From an uncultured Streptococcus sp. (GTDB taxonomy: Bacteria; Bacillota; Bacilli; Lactobacillales; Aerococcaceae), in contig CAUUUT010000001.1 in assembly GCA_963548485.1 (NCBI GenBank), forward strand, positions 6,745 to 70,744: a DNA stretch of 64,000 bases, in the 5' to 3' direction. The position numbers were made by a program, and so were the translations under genes. This document shows, one piece after another, positions 41,372 through 52,559 of the stretch. Every line of letters begins with the position of its first letter. The stretch's first letter is position 1. Under the pieces are notes generated by a model, which was not told the origin of the DNA, made no database searches, and saw nothing but the letters and a program-made list of their open reading frames with translations.

Positions 41372-43852
41372 CTATTGATTACGAGCTTCTTGAGTCGTTT
41401 GTTCATTATTATTGTTGTTGTTATTGTTATTGTTTTGCTGACGATTGTTTTGTTGCGTTGTCCGTTCTTCACTTGTTGTTGGTTGCTCTAGTTGGAACTC
41501 GTTTGTAATTGGGTCCGAACTATTCTTACCAACAGTCACAACAAGAGTAACAGAAACGCTTGGTCCACTAATATTTTGGAAGGTTACAGAATTTCCAGAA
41601 ACTGTTTGTGATTGTCCGTTAGCAGTTACTTTAAATTGTGGTTTATCTTTAGAATCTGTTTGATATTTATCCCATGTTACAGTTAATGTCTTTTTAGCCT
41701 TATCATAAGTTGCTTTTAAGCCTGAAGGAGCATCAATCGTTGTACCGTAGTTTGTTGATTGCGCGGTAGGGACGTGACCTTTAACAAACAATTCTGTAGC
41801 AATCATATTAGAAGGAGTTCTAGGTCCAGGTAAGCTTAATGGGTCAGATCCGATTTCGATTTGCTGTTTAACAACACTATCTGGTTGTACCCAATCATCT
41901 CCGCTAGAAGATTCCGCCATATATTTCATTAAGTAGTAATAAATGAGTCTTGAATATTCTTGTTCAGTAGTATCTACACCGCCGCCTTTTTCATATGGAT
42001 TATCGTAACCGGTCCATGCAGAAATTGTATAGTCGGTAGAATAGCCGATAAACCAAGAGTCGGGAATGATATCATCATAATCACCAGCACCCATTGCACG
42101 TTTTTGCTCAACTGTGTAGTTTGATGAACCAGTTTTGGCAGCTGTAGGTAATCCTGGAATAGAGGCTTGAGTTGCGAAACCATATTTGAATGAATCTTTA
42201 AGAACATCCGTAATCATATAGGCTGTTGAATCTTTCATCGCTTGTTTTTGTTCTGGTTTAAATTCAGTTACTTGACCATCACGAGTTGTGACTTTTGTTA
42301 CCGTATATGGTTTTGAATAAGTACCGTAATTACCAAATGCGGCATATGCGGCAGCCATTTTAATTGGTGAAATATCTGCACCAATTGAGTTACTTTCAAC
42401 TAAGTAGTCCTGACCATCATTTTTAATTTGAATATCAAGATTGTTCAAGAATGACTTGATATTTGTTTCGCCAACAGCTTTAAAGGTTTGGAGAGCTGTT
42501 GTGTTTCTTGAGTAAACGAGGGCAGTACGTAATGTCATTGCACCTTTATGACTAAAATCCCAGTTGTTTAACTCAACACCATTTGAATAAGTAGTTCTTT
42601 TATCCATGATGGTTTGACCAGTAGAATAATTTAAGTATTCAATAGCAGGACCGTAGTCGATAACGGGTTTGATTGTTGAACCGGTACTACGTGAATTGTC
42701 AGTTACTCGGTTATAGCCTAGTAGTGTCGTTTGTTTACGGCCACCATTTACGGCGCGAACGGCACCCGTTTTTGTATCGAGCATAACAACCGCATTTTGA
42801 ATTTTATCATTCACATATTGAATATAATCATTTGTATTTACGATATCGTATAAACGCTGTTGTGCTTTTGAGTCAATCGTTGTTTCAATTGTAAGTCCGT
42901 CGTTATAAGGATCGAGTCCTGTTTTATCTTGAACTTCTTTTAAAACCATGGTGACAAAAGAATCGTAAACAAGTGCTTTATCATTACTATTTACGCTGTT
43001 ATCATGTGCGATTAATCCTTCAGTAACTGGAGTAGCAACAGCTTGGTCATATTGTTCCTTTGTAATTTTCCCATTTTCTTTCATGGAGTAGAGAACTAAG
43101 TCACGACGTTCTTTTGCTTGATCAGCATTTGCATATGGGTCGTATGAATTAGGTGCTTGCGGCATACCAGCAAGTAGTGCTACTTGTGGAAGAGTTAAAT
43201 CTGATAATTCTTTATTAAAGTAGTAATGGGATGCAGTACCAAATCCATAGACATTATTTGCCATATAGACTTTGTTTAAGTAGTACGTCAAAATTTGTTC
43301 TTTAGAGTAATTACGCTCTAATTGAAGTGCGAGCATAATTTCTTGAATTTTACGTTTATAGGTTTGGTCTTCTTTCTTCGTTGAGAATACCGCTAGTTTC
43401 ACTAATTGTTGAGTGATGGTACTACCACCTTGAGTGATTTGACCCGCTTTTGCATTTCGTAGGAATGATCCTGCAATACGGATTGGGTCGATCCCCATAT
43501 GAGAGTAGAAGCGTTTGTCTTCAATCGAAGTAATGGCATCTTTTAGTAATTGAGGAACTTGTTCACTGGTGATAAGATCTCGTTTTTCACCACCCAGCGA
43601 ATAAATTAGTTCTCCATCTTTATCAAGGATTTTAGTTTCAGTAGCTCCTTCTAAATCACTTGCTTGAATTGTAGGAGCAGTCGCACCGTAGTAAGCGAAG
43701 ATTGCAACGATAGCAATAATAGCCACAGTCACAAAAGCAGCAATGCCGATTAAAATTTTCTTCCAGATTTTTTTCTTAGAAGAAGCGGGCGCTTTTTTCT
43801 TCGTATGACGATGCTGTGAAGAACGGGTTTGTTCAGTATTATTTTCAGTCAT
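41372..43852 (-). CDS. ponA: Class A penicillin-binding protein 1A
   Basis: Glycosyltransferase motifs EDKRF and GGSTITQQL; transpeptidase motifs STIK, SRN and KTG; recU-pbp1A operon. Confidence 0.93.
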   Translation of the reverse strand: MTENNTEQTRSSQHRHTKKKAPASSKKKIWKKILIGIAAFVTVAIIAIVAIFAYYGATAPTIQASDLEGATETKILDKDGELIYSLGGEKRDLITSEQVPQLLKDAITSIEDKRFYSHMGIDPIRIAGSFLRNAKAGQITQGGSTITQQLVKLAVFSTKKEDQTYKRKIQEIMLALQLERNYSKEQILTYYLNKVYMANNVYGFGTASHYYFNKELSDLTLPQVALLAGMPQAPNSYDPYANADQAKERRDLVLYSMKENGKITKEQYDQAVATPVTEGLIAHDNSVNSNDKALVYDSFVTMVLKEVQDKTGLDPYNDGLTIETTIDSKAQQRLYDIVNTNDYIQYVNDKIQNAVVMLDTKTGAVRAVNGGRKQTTLLGYNRVTDNSRSTGSTIKPVIDYGPAIEYLNYSTGQTIMDKRTTYSNGVELNNWDFSHKGAMTLRTALVYSRNTTALQTFKAVGETNIKSFLNNLDIQIKNDGQDYLVESNSIGADISPIKMAAAYAAFGNYGTYSKPYTVTKVTTRDGQVTEFKPEQKQAMKDSTAYMITDVLKDSFKYGFATQASIPGLPTAAKTGSSNYTVEQKRAMGAGDYDDIIPDSWFIGYSTDYTISAWTGYDNPYEKGGGVDTTEQEYSRLIYYYLMKYMAESSSGDDWVQPDSVVKQQIEIGSDPLSLPGPRTPSNMIATELFVKGHVPTAQSTNYGTTIDAPSGLKATYDKAKKTLTVTWDKYQTDSKDKPQFKVTANGQSQTVSGNSVTFQNISGPSVSVTLVVTVGKNSSDPITNEFQLEQPTTSEERTTQQNNRQQNNNNNNNNNNEQTTQEARNQ
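41405..41434 (-). repeat. Poly-Asn (AAY)10 tract in the PBP1A C-terminal tail
   Basis: Ten consecutive mixed AAT/AAC codons. Confidence 0.85.
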
Positions 43853-43865
43853 AGATTGACCTCCT

Positions 43866-44450
43866 TTATAATAAAGTATCCACTGCGTCTAAATAATTGA
43901 GAGTCATCTGCAGTGATAGCTCGATTTTTTGACCTTTTTCTCTGATATAGGTCAAAGGAATGGATTGACGTGTAGAGCTTGAATGATAAACGAACTGTTC
44001 AATCCATTTATATTCAAGTAAATAATATTCCTTCAGACTAGAAAAATAGAAAATAACAAATGCGATACCGCCTTGTTCACAGCACTCTTTCATATGTTCT
44101 AGCTGATGCGTATGAATATTCTTTAGAGGGAATGAAGTTTTATTCTTCGTTTCCTTCGCTTCAAAGTCGATATATCTTCCTTTATAGACACCATTATAGT
44201 CGGTCGTTGATGCCTGACGAAAATAGGCTTCAGTAATCTGCGCTGCACTTCTGGCAGGGTAGTTTACTTTAACGACTTGAATGGGCGTCGGTTTCTTATG
44301 GATAACGGCTCGCTTTTGAAGGCGATAGAGTTCATTGGTTTGATTCAATATATTCTCTAAACCCATACCGCGACTACTGTAATTTGTTTCCATTGTTTGA
44401 GATCGAGTAGCGCGTGATAATTGTTTTTGTCCTTTTGGATATTGAATCAT
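43866..44450 (-). CDS. recU: Holliday junction resolvase RecU
   Basis: RGM.LE, HKKPTP, DYNG and FEAKET motifs. Confidence 0.96.
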   Translation of the reverse strand: MIQYPKGQKQLSRATRSQTMETNYSSRGMGLENILNQTNELYRLQKRAVIHKKPTPIQVVKVNYPARSAAQITEAYFRQASTTDYNGVYKGRYIDFEAKETKNKTSFPLKNIHTHQLEHMKECCEQGGIAFVIFYFSSLKEYYLLEYKWIEQFVYHSSSTRQSIPLTYIREKGQKIELSLQMTLNYLDAVDTLL

Positions 44451-44666
44451 TTTATCCCTCCTATGGCGTCTATTATAACATTTTGGGCGAAAAATGAGAA
44501 AAACTATTGCTTTTGTTACCTTTTCTTAATCTCTATTAAAAATTCTTGTTAAATTAAACCTGAATAAGTCAATTATGTTTTACAAAAGAAGAAGAGTATT
44601 GTAAAATAAATGAGTATGTAAATCCATTCATCTTTAAGATGAATAATGAATTTATGGAGGAATAAT

Positions 44667-45947
44667 ATGACAGCAAAATTCGAAAAAGTTGAAACTAATA
44701 AAGTTGTTTTAACATTTGAAATCTCACAAGAAGATATTAAAAAAGGGCTAGACCAAGCGTTCAACCGCGTTAAAAAGAACGTGAACGTACCTGGTTTCCG
44801 TAAAGGTAAAGTAAGCCGTCAAGTATTTGAAAAAATGTACGGTGAAGAAGCTTTATACCAAGATGCATTAAACATTCTTTTACCAGATGCATACGATAAC
44901 GCAGTTGAAGAAACTGGAATCTTCCCAGTAACTCAACCAAAAATCGATATCGAATCTATCGAAAAAGGTAAACCATGGGTTATTAAAGCAGAAGTAATCG
45001 TAAAACCTGAAGTTAAATTAGGTGAATACAAAGGTTTAACTGTTGAAAAACAAGATCGTACAGTATCTGAACAAGATGTTGAAGATCGCTTATTACAAGA
45101 ACAAGCTCGTGCAGCTGAATTAGTTGTTAAAGAAGATGCAGCTGAATTAGGTGACACAGTAGTAATCGACTTTGAAGGTTTCTTAGGTGACGAAGCTTTC
45201 GAAGGCGGAAAAGGTGAAAACCACTCACTAGAATTAGGCTCTGGTTCATTCATCCCAGGTTTTGAAGACCAATTAGTTGGCGCTAAAGAAGGCGATGAAG
45301 TAGAAGTGAAAGTGACTTTCCCAGAAGAATACCATGCTGAAAACTTAAAAGGCCAAGAAGCAGTATTCAAAGTTAAAGTTCACGAAGTTAAAACTAAAGA
45401 ATTACCAGAATTAACAGATGAATTCGCTAAAGATGTTGATGATTCAGTTGAAACATTAGCAGAATTAAAAGAAAAATTCCGTAAAGAATTAGAAGAAGCT
45501 AAAGCAGCGGCTGCTGATGAAGCAGTAGCAGATGAAGCTTTACGTAAAGCAGTAGAAAACGCTGAAATCGTTGAATTACCACACGAAATGGTTCACGACG
45601 AAGTTCACCGCCAAATGGAACACTACTTAAACGATATGCGTCGTAACGGAATCTCTCCTGAAATGTACTACCAAATCACTGGTACAACAGAAGCTGATTT
45701 ACACAAAATGATGGAAAAAGACGCTGACGTTCGTACTAAGACTAACTTAGTATTAGAACAAATCGTTAAAGAAGAAGGCATTGAAGCAACTGATGAAGAT
45801 GTAGCTAACGAAGTGAAAGAATTAGCTGCTCAATACGGTATGGAAGAAGATGCAGTTCGTGCTGCTGTTTCAGTAGATATGTTGAAAAACGATATTTCAA
45901 TGAAGAAAGCATTAGCTGTAATTACTGATTCTGCTAAAGAAGCTTAA
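44667..45947 (+). CDS. tig: Trigger factor
   Basis: GFRKGK and FIPGFEDQL motifs; ATG 44667 after GGAGG. Confidence 0.97.
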   Translation: MTAKFEKVETNKVVLTFEISQEDIKKGLDQAFNRVKKNVNVPGFRKGKVSRQVFEKMYGEEALYQDALNILLPDAYDNAVEETGIFPVTQPKIDIESIEKGKPWVIKAEVIVKPEVKLGEYKGLTVEKQDRTVSEQDVEDRLLQEQARAAELVVKEDAAELGDTVVIDFEGFLGDEAFEGGKGENHSLELGSGSFIPGFEDQLVGAKEGDEVEVKVTFPEEYHAENLKGQEAVFKVKVHEVKTKELPELTDEFAKDVDDSVETLAELKEKFRKELEEAKAAAADEAVADEALRKAVENAEIVELPHEMVHDEVHRQMEHYLNDMRRNGISPEMYYQITGTTEADLHKMMEKDADVRTKTNLVLEQIVKEEGIEATDEDVANEVKELAAQYGMEEDAVRAAVSVDMLKNDISMKKALAVITDSAKEA

Positions 45948-45965
45948 TTTTATAAAATTAAATAG

Positions 45966-46000
45966 AAAAGCGCCGGTTTCGCTAGAGACCGGCGCTTTTT
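45966..46000 (+). terminator. tig terminator
   Basis: AAAAGCGCCGGT...ACCGGCGCTTTT. Confidence 0.85.
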
Positions 46001-46079
46001 GAAACAACATTTCTTGTTGAATATAGCGACTTATGGTACTCTTAAATTGAGAAATCAGGAAAAGAATGGAGGTTTCAGA

Positions 46080-47318
46080 TTGTATAAAGATGAAACGAAA
46101 CAAGTAAGATGTTCATTTTGTGGAAAATCACAAGAACAAGTAAAGAAAATTATCGCTGGTCCTGATGTATTTATTTGTAATGAATGTGTTGATTTATGTA
46201 AAGAAATTATCGATGAAGAGTTTTCATCGATGACAATGGATGAAATGATTGAGGTATTAAAACCTCAAGAAATCCTAAAGGTATTAAACGATTACGTCGT
46301 TGGCCAAGATCATGCAAAAAAATCATTAGCAGTAGCGGTGTACAATCACTATAAACGTATTAATCATTTATTTAGTGAAGAAGATGATGTTGAGTTACAA
46401 AAGAGTAATATTTGCTTAATTGGACCAACTGGTTCTGGTAAAACGTATTTAGCTCAGTCATTAGCGCGTATTTTGAATGTTCCATTTGCGATTGCAGATG
46501 CGACTACATTAACGGAAGCTGGTTATGTTGGTGAGGATGTTGAAAATATTCTTCTAAAACTATTACAAGCGACAGATTATGATATCGAACGTGCTGAAAA
46601 AGGGATTATTTATATTGATGAGATTGATAAGATTGCCCGTAAGAGCGAGAATGTATCCATCACTCGTGATGTAAGTGGTGAAGGGGTTCAACAAGCCTTA
46701 CTGAAAATTTTAGAAGGGACTGTTGCTTCTGTTCCACCTCAAGGAGGACGTAAGCATCCACATCAAGAACTCATTCAAATCGATACAACGAATATTCTAT
46801 TTATTGTTGGTGGGGCCTTTGACGGTATTGAAACAATTGTGAAAGAACGTCTGGGTGCAAAAGTGATTGGATTTGGTTCTTCGAACAAAAACTTATCAAG
46901 TCACGAAAGTTTAATGCAACTAATCATTCCTGAAGATTTACAAAAATTCGGTTTGATTCCTGAGTTTATTGGACGACTTCCAATTACTGCTGCATTAGAA
47001 CCATTGAAGAAAGATGATTTAGTCGATATTCTAACAAAACCAAAGAATGCTTTGGTGAAGCAATATCAAAAACTATTTGCAATGGATAATGTAGAATTAG
47101 AGTTTGAACCAGAAGCGTTACAAGCAATTGCTGCTAAGGCCATTGAACGTCGTACTGGTGCACGTGGATTGAGAAGTATTATTGAATCTGTAATGATGGA
47201 TTTAATGTTTGAAATTCCTAGCCGTGAAGACATCACTAAAGTGGTCGTTACTGAAGCGATTGTGAATGGCACTGGCGAACCTAATTTATATGATGAAGAA
47301 AATCGATTGATTTCCTAG
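46080..47318 (+). CDS. clpX: ATP-dependent Clp protease ATP-binding subunit ClpX
   Basis: CSFC...CNEC zinc domain, [16 protein letters not shown] and IGF loop; TTG start after GGAGG. Confidence 0.97.
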   Translation: MYKDETKQVRCSFCGKSQEQVKKIIAGPDVFICNECVDLCKEIIDEEFSSMTMDEMIEVLKPQEILKVLNDYVVGQDHAKKSLAVAVYNHYKRINHLFSEEDDVELQKSNICLIGPTGSGKTYLAQSLARILNVPFAIADATTLTEAGYVGEDVENILLKLLQATDYDIERAEKGIIYIDEIDKIARKSENVSITRDVSGEGVQQALLKILEGTVASVPPQGGRKHPHQELIQIDTTNILFIVGGAFDGIETIVKERLGAKVIGFGSSNKNLSSHESLMQLIIPEDLQKFGLIPEFIGRLPITAALEPLKKDDLVDILTKPKNALVKQYQKLFAMDNVELEFEPEALQAIAAKAIERRTGARGLRSIIESVMMDLMFEIPSREDITKVVVTEAIVNGTGEPNLYDEENRLIS

Positions 47319-47417
47319 GGTTTTTCATCAAAATATGGTAGGATAGAATGTGATATGATGGGTACATTATATTGCATTCTATTTTTTATAAGAAAATGAA
47401 TTAAGGGAGCTAAATAC

Positions 47418-48695
47418 ATGAAAGGTTTAAAATCCTTAATAGCAAAATACTATACAAAAGAAGAATTTGCTTGGATTATGCAAGACTGGGCTAATTCGGT
47501 TTATTCTTTAATGATTACGACGGCGATTTTCCCGTTATATTTTAAAACAGTATCAACTAACGCTGGTATTAGCGCAGCTGATTCAACAGCGTTCTTAGGT
47601 TATGCCAATTCTATCGCTACGTTTGCCGTTTCAATTATGGCACCAGTCTTAGGAGCTTTAGCGGATTACAAAGGATATCGGAATCCTATGTTTACATGGA
47701 GTACATTGTTAGGTGTATTCTCAGTTATCGGTATGATGTTTGTCGAAACAGATCAATGGATTCTTTTACTAATGTTGTATACTTTATCAGCAATCGGGTA
47801 TTCTGCTTCGAATATTTTTTATGATAGTTCCATCATGGATGTGACAACTTATGATCGAATGGATAGAATTTCGGCAGCTGGTTATGGATATGGCTACATC
47901 GGAAGTGTATTCCCATTTGTGCTCTTTATGATGATTATGCAGTTTAGCAGTTTAAATTCTAACGCTATCGTTATGGTAGGTTTCTTTATCACTGCAGCTT
48001 GGTGGTTTATCTTCACCGTTCCGTATTGGCTTTATGTTAGTCAAAAATCATTTATCGAACAACCAAAAAATCCAGTAAAAGATAGTTTTATTCGTTTATG
48101 GGGAACGATTAAACGCATCGGAGAACATAAACAAGTATTTCTATTCTTACTCGCTTACTTCTTCTATATTGATGGAGTAGGTACGATTATTAAAATGGCA
48201 ACTGCAATCGGTTCTGATATGGGACTCGATAGTAATAGCTTAATTGTCATCTTATTAATTGTTCAAATCGTTGCTTTTCCATTTAGTTTATTATATGGAT
48301 ATTTATCAAAACGATTCGGAAACAAGAAAACATTATTCCTCGGAATCGGTACGTATATTTTAATTTGTGTGATGGCATTGTGGTTAAATTCATACACAGA
48401 TTTCCTAATTTTAGCGATTCTAATTGGTACAGCTCAAGGTGGGGTGCAATCACTTAGCCGCTCATTATTCGGTCAATTAATCCCAGCGAATAGAGCAAAC
48501 GAATTCTTCGGTTTCTATAATATTTTTGGTAAATTCTCATCTATTTTAGGAACAACTTTATTAGGGATTACCGCTCAAATGACAGGAAATTCTTTAGATG
48601 GAGTATTCTCATTGATTATTTTATTCGTTATCGGTTCAGTATTACTATTCTTCGTGAAGTTGCCTACACAGAAAGGAATCGAAAATGAAGGTTAA
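47418..48695 (+). CDS. MFS transporter (UMF1/Atg22-like, YxiO-type)
   Basis: DWANS, about 12 TM helices, QSLSRS and EFFGFY motifs. Confidence 0.85.
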   Translation: MKGLKSLIAKYYTKEEFAWIMQDWANSVYSLMITTAIFPLYFKTVSTNAGISAADSTAFLGYANSIATFAVSIMAPVLGALADYKGYRNPMFTWSTLLGVFSVIGMMFVETDQWILLLMLYTLSAIGYSASNIFYDSSIMDVTTYDRMDRISAAGYGYGYIGSVFPFVLFMMIMQFSSLNSNAIVMVGFFITAAWWFIFTVPYWLYVSQKSFIEQPKNPVKDSFIRLWGTIKRIGEHKQVFLFLLAYFFYIDGVGTIIKMATAIGSDMGLDSNSLIVILLIVQIVAFPFSLLYGYLSKRFGNKKTLFLGIGTYILICVMALWLNSYTDFLILAILIGTAQGGVQSLSRSLFGQLIPANRANEFFGFYNIFGKFSSILGTTLLGITAQMTGNSLDGVFSLIILFVIGSVLLFFVKLPTQKGIENEG

Positions 48696-49272
48696 TAAAG
48701 CCGAATTTACAATTAGTGCTGTAGGACCAGCGCAATATCCTTCTGGGAACCTTCCAGAAATCGCATTATCAGGTCGTTCTAACGTTGGCAAATCATCTTT
48801 TATTAATAAGTTGATTCAACGAAAAAGCCTAGCCCGTACATCAAGTAAACCTGGTAAAACACAAACATTGAACTTCTACCATATTAATGATCTATTCTAT
48901 TTTGTAGATGTACCAGGATATGGATATGCTAAAGTATCTAAGAAAGAACGCGAAAAGTGGGGGAAGATGATTGAGGAGTATATAACGACTCGAGAACCTC
49001 TTCGTTTAGTTCTAATCCTAGTAGACTTTAGACATGAACCAAGTCAAGAAGATGTTCAAATGCGAGAATTTTTGGAGTATTATAATATTCCATATCGTAT
49101 TGTGATGACAAAATGTGATAAAATTCCTCGTGGTAAATGGAATAAACATACAAGCGTCATCCGAAAAGCATTTGGCAAACCACCAGAAGACCTATTCTTA
49201 ACTTTCTCATCTGAAACAGGTGAAGGAGTAGAGAAAGCTTGGGCGTGGATTGAACAATTTATTGCCGACTAA
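48685..49272 (+). CDS. engB: Ribosome biogenesis GTPase EngB/YsxC
   Basis: [14 protein letters not shown] and TKCD motifs. Confidence 0.96.
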   Translation: MKVNKAEFTISAVGPAQYPSGNLPEIALSGRSNVGKSSFINKLIQRKSLARTSSKPGKTQTLNFYHINDLFYFVDVPGYGYAKVSKKEREKWGKMIEEYITTREPLRLVLILVDFRHEPSQEDVQMREFLEYYNIPYRIVMTKCDKIPRGKWNKHTSVIRKAFGKPPEDLFLTFSSETGEGVEKAWAWIEQFIAD

Positions 49273-49308
49273 AAAACAAGTGATACCGTATACGGTATCA
49301 CTTGTTTT
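49273..49308 (+). terminator. engB terminator (36-bp perfect palindrome)
   Basis: AAAACAAGTGATACCGTA|TACGGTATCACTTGTTTT. Confidence 0.82.
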
Positions 49309-49425
49309 ATTTGAAAAGAATAATGTGAACTTTTAAGAAAAAAACTTGCTCCATTGCATTAAATCGCGAATTGTGATATATTATATGCTGTATGATTAGG
49401 CGTAGTGTATGGAGGGAGTTTTTTT

Positions 49426-51255
49426 ATGAGTCAACGATTATCAAAAGAAACGATTCAAAGTATACAATCGCAAGTGAATATTCTCGATATTGTAGGGCAA
49501 TTTGTCCAATTGAGAAAGCAAGGAAAGAGCCTTTTTGGTCGTTGTCCTTTCCATGATGAAAGAACACCTTCATTTACCGTCACAGAAGAAAAACAGTTAT
49601 TCCACTGTTTTAGTTGTGGACGTGGAGGAAATGTTTTTAACTTCATGCAGGAATTGGAAAGTCTATCTTTTCCAGAATCGGTTGTTAGGGTAGCTGAACT
49701 TGCACATATTCCACTCGATGTAGAAATCCCTTCTAGTCAACAAGCTATTTCTCAAAAAGATAGAAAATTGTTTATGGCGCATGAGAAAGCGAGTGAATTT
49801 TACTCGCACGTCCTATTTAATACAAAAGGTGGACAAGAAGCACTTCATTATTTAACGGATCGTGGCTATACGATTGATACGTTAAAAGAATTTGGATTTG
49901 GATTCTCGTTAAAAGACCGCACGCAGCTGACACAGCTCTTACAAGATTTAGAGCTAACAGAACAAGAAATGGAAGCGACAGGTCTATTCGTAGAAAGTCA
50001 AACAGGATTCTTTGATCGTTTTAATCAGCGGATTATGATTCCTCTTCGTAATGAACATGGACAAATTGTCGGGTTTTCTGGACGTATATTGCCAGGTTAT
50101 TCGGATGAGTTCGCTTCGCAGGCGAAGTATTTAAATAGTCCTGAAACACCGCTCTTTGCGAAAAGAAATTTCTTATTTAACTTTGATTTAGCAAAGAAGA
50201 ATATTCGTAAAGAAAATAAAGTCATCCTTTTTGAAGGATATATGGATGTTATTTCTGCTTGGCAGGCGGGAGTTCAACTAGGGGTAGCCTCAATGGGAAC
50301 CTCTCTAACACCAGAGCAAATTCAAAAACTCCGCCATGTGACGGATACAATTTTGATTGCTTACGACGGCGATAGAGCAGGTCTTGAAGCGACTAACCGT
50401 GCGATTGAAATGATTCAATCTACGAATGCTTTTTCAGTCGGTATTATTCCTTTTGATAATGGTCTGGATCCAGATGAGTTTATTAAACAACGTGGTCCAC
50501 AAGCATTTATCGATTTAGTTGAACATGGGCAGGAAACCATTTATCAATTTAAAAAGAGATTCCTTTCTAAGAAATATCAGTTACAAGTAGAAAGCCAAAA
50601 AATTCAATATATCGAAGAAATGATTATAGAATTAGCAAAACTGACAAATGAAGTGGAAAAGAATCTTGCGATGAAGTCTCTTGCGGATGAATTTAATCTT
50701 GATTACACAACGATTCAAAATCAAGTGAAACAAAAGCAAGTTCAAACTTCTCAAAATATCCAAGTTGCGCCTGTACCAAATATGGAAGCACAAGTGCCTA
50801 TGATGAATAGACCGTTTATTAAAAACGAAGGAATTCAAAGGCATTTAATGTACCGCTTGATGCATCATAATGAAGCTTGGACATATTTGAATCGTATTAA
50901 TCCGGAATTCTCATTTCCTGATCCATTATATGAGCAATTATATTTACATATTCAGGCATTTAGAAATGAAGAAGAGGAATTTGATGTTCAAGAATTTATG
51001 TTATTTTTAAACGATAAAGATTTAATGAACAGAAATCTAGTATCTGAAATTGAACTGGGTCAGTTTCCTCCTGAATGTACGGAACAAGAGATTCAAGATT
51101 TAGTATATGTACTTTCACAAAAGAATACTCTGAAAGAGCAGTTAGCACAAAAAAAGGAAGAGTTGAATCGAGCTGCTCTAGTAAACGATGATGAAGCCAG
51201 AAAGAAATTGATGGTAGAAATCATGGAGATTCAACGACAATTAAGGAAAAGATAG
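49426..51255 (+). CDS. dnaG: DNA primase
   Basis: CPFH...CFSC zinc finger, KYLNSPET, EGYMD and YDGD TOPRIM motifs. Confidence 0.97.
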   Translation: MSQRLSKETIQSIQSQVNILDIVGQFVQLRKQGKSLFGRCPFHDERTPSFTVTEEKQLFHCFSCGRGGNVFNFMQELESLSFPESVVRVAELAHIPLDVEIPSSQQAISQKDRKLFMAHEKASEFYSHVLFNTKGGQEALHYLTDRGYTIDTLKEFGFGFSLKDRTQLTQLLQDLELTEQEMEATGLFVESQTGFFDRFNQRIMIPLRNEHGQIVGFSGRILPGYSDEFASQAKYLNSPETPLFAKRNFLFNFDLAKKNIRKENKVILFEGYMDVISAWQAGVQLGVASMGTSLTPEQIQKLRHVTDTILIAYDGDRAGLEATNRAIEMIQSTNAFSVGIIPFDNGLDPDEFIKQRGPQAFIDLVEHGQETIYQFKKRFLSKKYQLQVESQKIQYIEEMIIELAKLTNEVEKNLAMKSLADEFNLDYTTIQNQVKQKQVQTSQNIQVAPVPNMEAQVPMMNRPFIKNEGIQRHLMYRLMHHNEAWTYLNRINPEFSFPDPLYEQLYLHIQAFRNEEEEFDVQEFMLFLNDKDLMNRNLVSEIELGQFPPECTEQEIQDLVYVLSQKNTLKEQLAQKKEELNRAALVNDDEARKKLMVEIMEIQRQLRKR

Positions 51256-51271
51256 AATGGAGGAATGGTGA

Positions 51272-52396
51272 ATGACAGTTCAAAAGAATGAAAAAGGTCA
51301 AACACTGAATGAAGCAACTTCAACGCTTCTTGCAGAACGAAAATTATTCGGTCAAATTTTATACGATGATTTATCTGCACAAATCGCAATCCCATTTGAG
51401 TTGGATGCGGAAGGAATGGATAAATTAATTCAAAAGTTTGAGGATGCAGGAGTTAGTGTTGTAGATGCTAACGGTGAACCAACAAGCCAACAATTGTCAT
51501 CAGAAAGCCAACGTGAAGCTGAAACTAGCGTTGTTGAAGATGATACTGCCTTATCTTCTAACACGAAGATTAATGACTCCGTTCGTATGTATTTAAAAGA
51601 AATTGGACGAGTTCCACTTCTAAGTGCGGATGAAGAAGTTGCATTAGCACTTCGTATTCAAGAAGGAGATACTGAAGCAAAACAAGAGTTAGCAGAAGCC
51701 AACCTTCGTCTAGTAGTATCAATTGCGAAACGTTATGTAGGACGTGGAATGCAATTCTTAGATTTAATCCAAGAAGGAAATATGGGATTAATGAAAGCTG
51801 TTGAGAAATTTGACCATACGAAAGGATTCAAATTCTCAACTTATGCTACATGGTGGATTCGTCAAGCAATCACTCGTGCCATCGCTGACCAAGCACGTAC
51901 AATTCGTATTCCAGTACATATGGTTGAAACAATCAACAAATTAGTACGTGTTCAAAGACAACTATTACAAGATTTAGGACGCGAACCTACACCGGAAGAA
52001 ATCGGTGCAGAAATGGATTTACCAACTGAAAAAGTTCGTGAAATTCTAAAAATCGCTCAAGAACCAGTATCTCTTGAAACTCCAATTGGGGAAGAGGACG
52101 ATTCACATTTAGGTGATTTCATTGAAGATGATAACGCAACAAGCCCAGCTGATCATACGGCATATGCATTGTTGAAAGAACAACTTGATGAAGTTCTTGA
52201 ACAACTAACGGACCGTGAAGAAAACGTACTTCGTTTACGTTTTGGTCTTGATAAAAACGGCGAAATCCGTACATTAGAACAAGTAGGGCAAGTATTCGGA
52301 GTAACTCGTGAACGTATTCGTCAAATTGAAGCGAAAGCATTACGTAAATTACGCCACCCAAGTCGTTCTAAACAATTAAAAGACTTCTTAGATTAA
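51272..52396 (+). CDS. rpoD: RNA polymerase primary sigma factor
   Basis: [21 protein letters not shown] and TRERIRQIE motifs; dnaG-rpoD operon. Confidence 0.98.
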   Translation: MTVQKNEKGQTLNEATSTLLAERKLFGQILYDDLSAQIAIPFELDAEGMDKLIQKFEDAGVSVVDANGEPTSQQLSSESQREAETSVVEDDTALSSNTKINDSVRMYLKEIGRVPLLSADEEVALALRIQEGDTEAKQELAEANLRLVVSIAKRYVGRGMQFLDLIQEGNMGLMKAVEKFDHTKGFKFSTYATWWIRQAITRAIADQARTIRIPVHMVETINKLVRVQRQLLQDLGREPTPEEIGAEMDLPTEKVREILKIAQEPVSLETPIGEEDDSHLGDFIEDDNATSPADHTAYALLKEQLDEVLEQLTDREENVLRLRFGLDKNGEIRTLEQVGQVFGVTRERIRQIEAKALRKLRHPSRSKQLKDFLD

Positions 52397-52406
52397 GAAA
52401 ATAGTG

Positions 52407-52439
52407 AAAGAAGCAATCCTTAAGGATTGCTTCTTTTTT
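52407..52439 (+). terminator. rpoD terminator
   Basis: 30-bp palindrome AAAGAAGCAATCCTT|AAGGATTGCTTCTTT plus T run. Confidence 0.85.
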
Positions 52440-52524
52440 GTTTGCAATTTTTATGAAATCTCTATTATTTTCTCGGAAAAGGGTTTAAATCTAGTGAAGA
52501 ATTTGGTAAACTTACAGTTGTGGT

Positions 52525-52545
52525 AATTGAGAATGATTATCAATT
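52525..52545. promoter_or_regulatory. Fur box upstream of the iron ABC operon
   Basis: AATTGAGAATGATTATCAATT; core TGAGAATGATTATCA has one mismatch to TGATAATNATTATCA. Confidence 0.85.
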
Positions 52546-52559
52546 AGAAAAGAGAGAAC

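Noticed and set aside
41405..41434. Poly-Asn tract as a phase-variation switch
   Set aside because: Mixed AAT/AAC triplets, in frame, in a low-complexity tail common in class A PBPs; slippage would not shift the frame
41300..41491. Hydrophobic 63-aa + strand ORF resembling a small membrane toxin
   Set aside because: The Ile/Val run is the antisense reading of the PBP1A poly-Asn tail; it crosses two terminators and has no RBS
44933..45370. Long antisense ORFs (145 aa opposite tig, 128 aa opposite apt, and similar)
   Set aside because: Shadow ORFs arising from codon bias of the sense genes; no RBS or recognisable motifs
49273..49308. Perfect palindromes at 49273-49308 and 52407-52436 as mobile-element ends or CRISPR repeats
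   Set aside because: They are unrelated in sequence, each directly follows a stop codon and ends in a T run, so terminators explain them; no array or transposase is present
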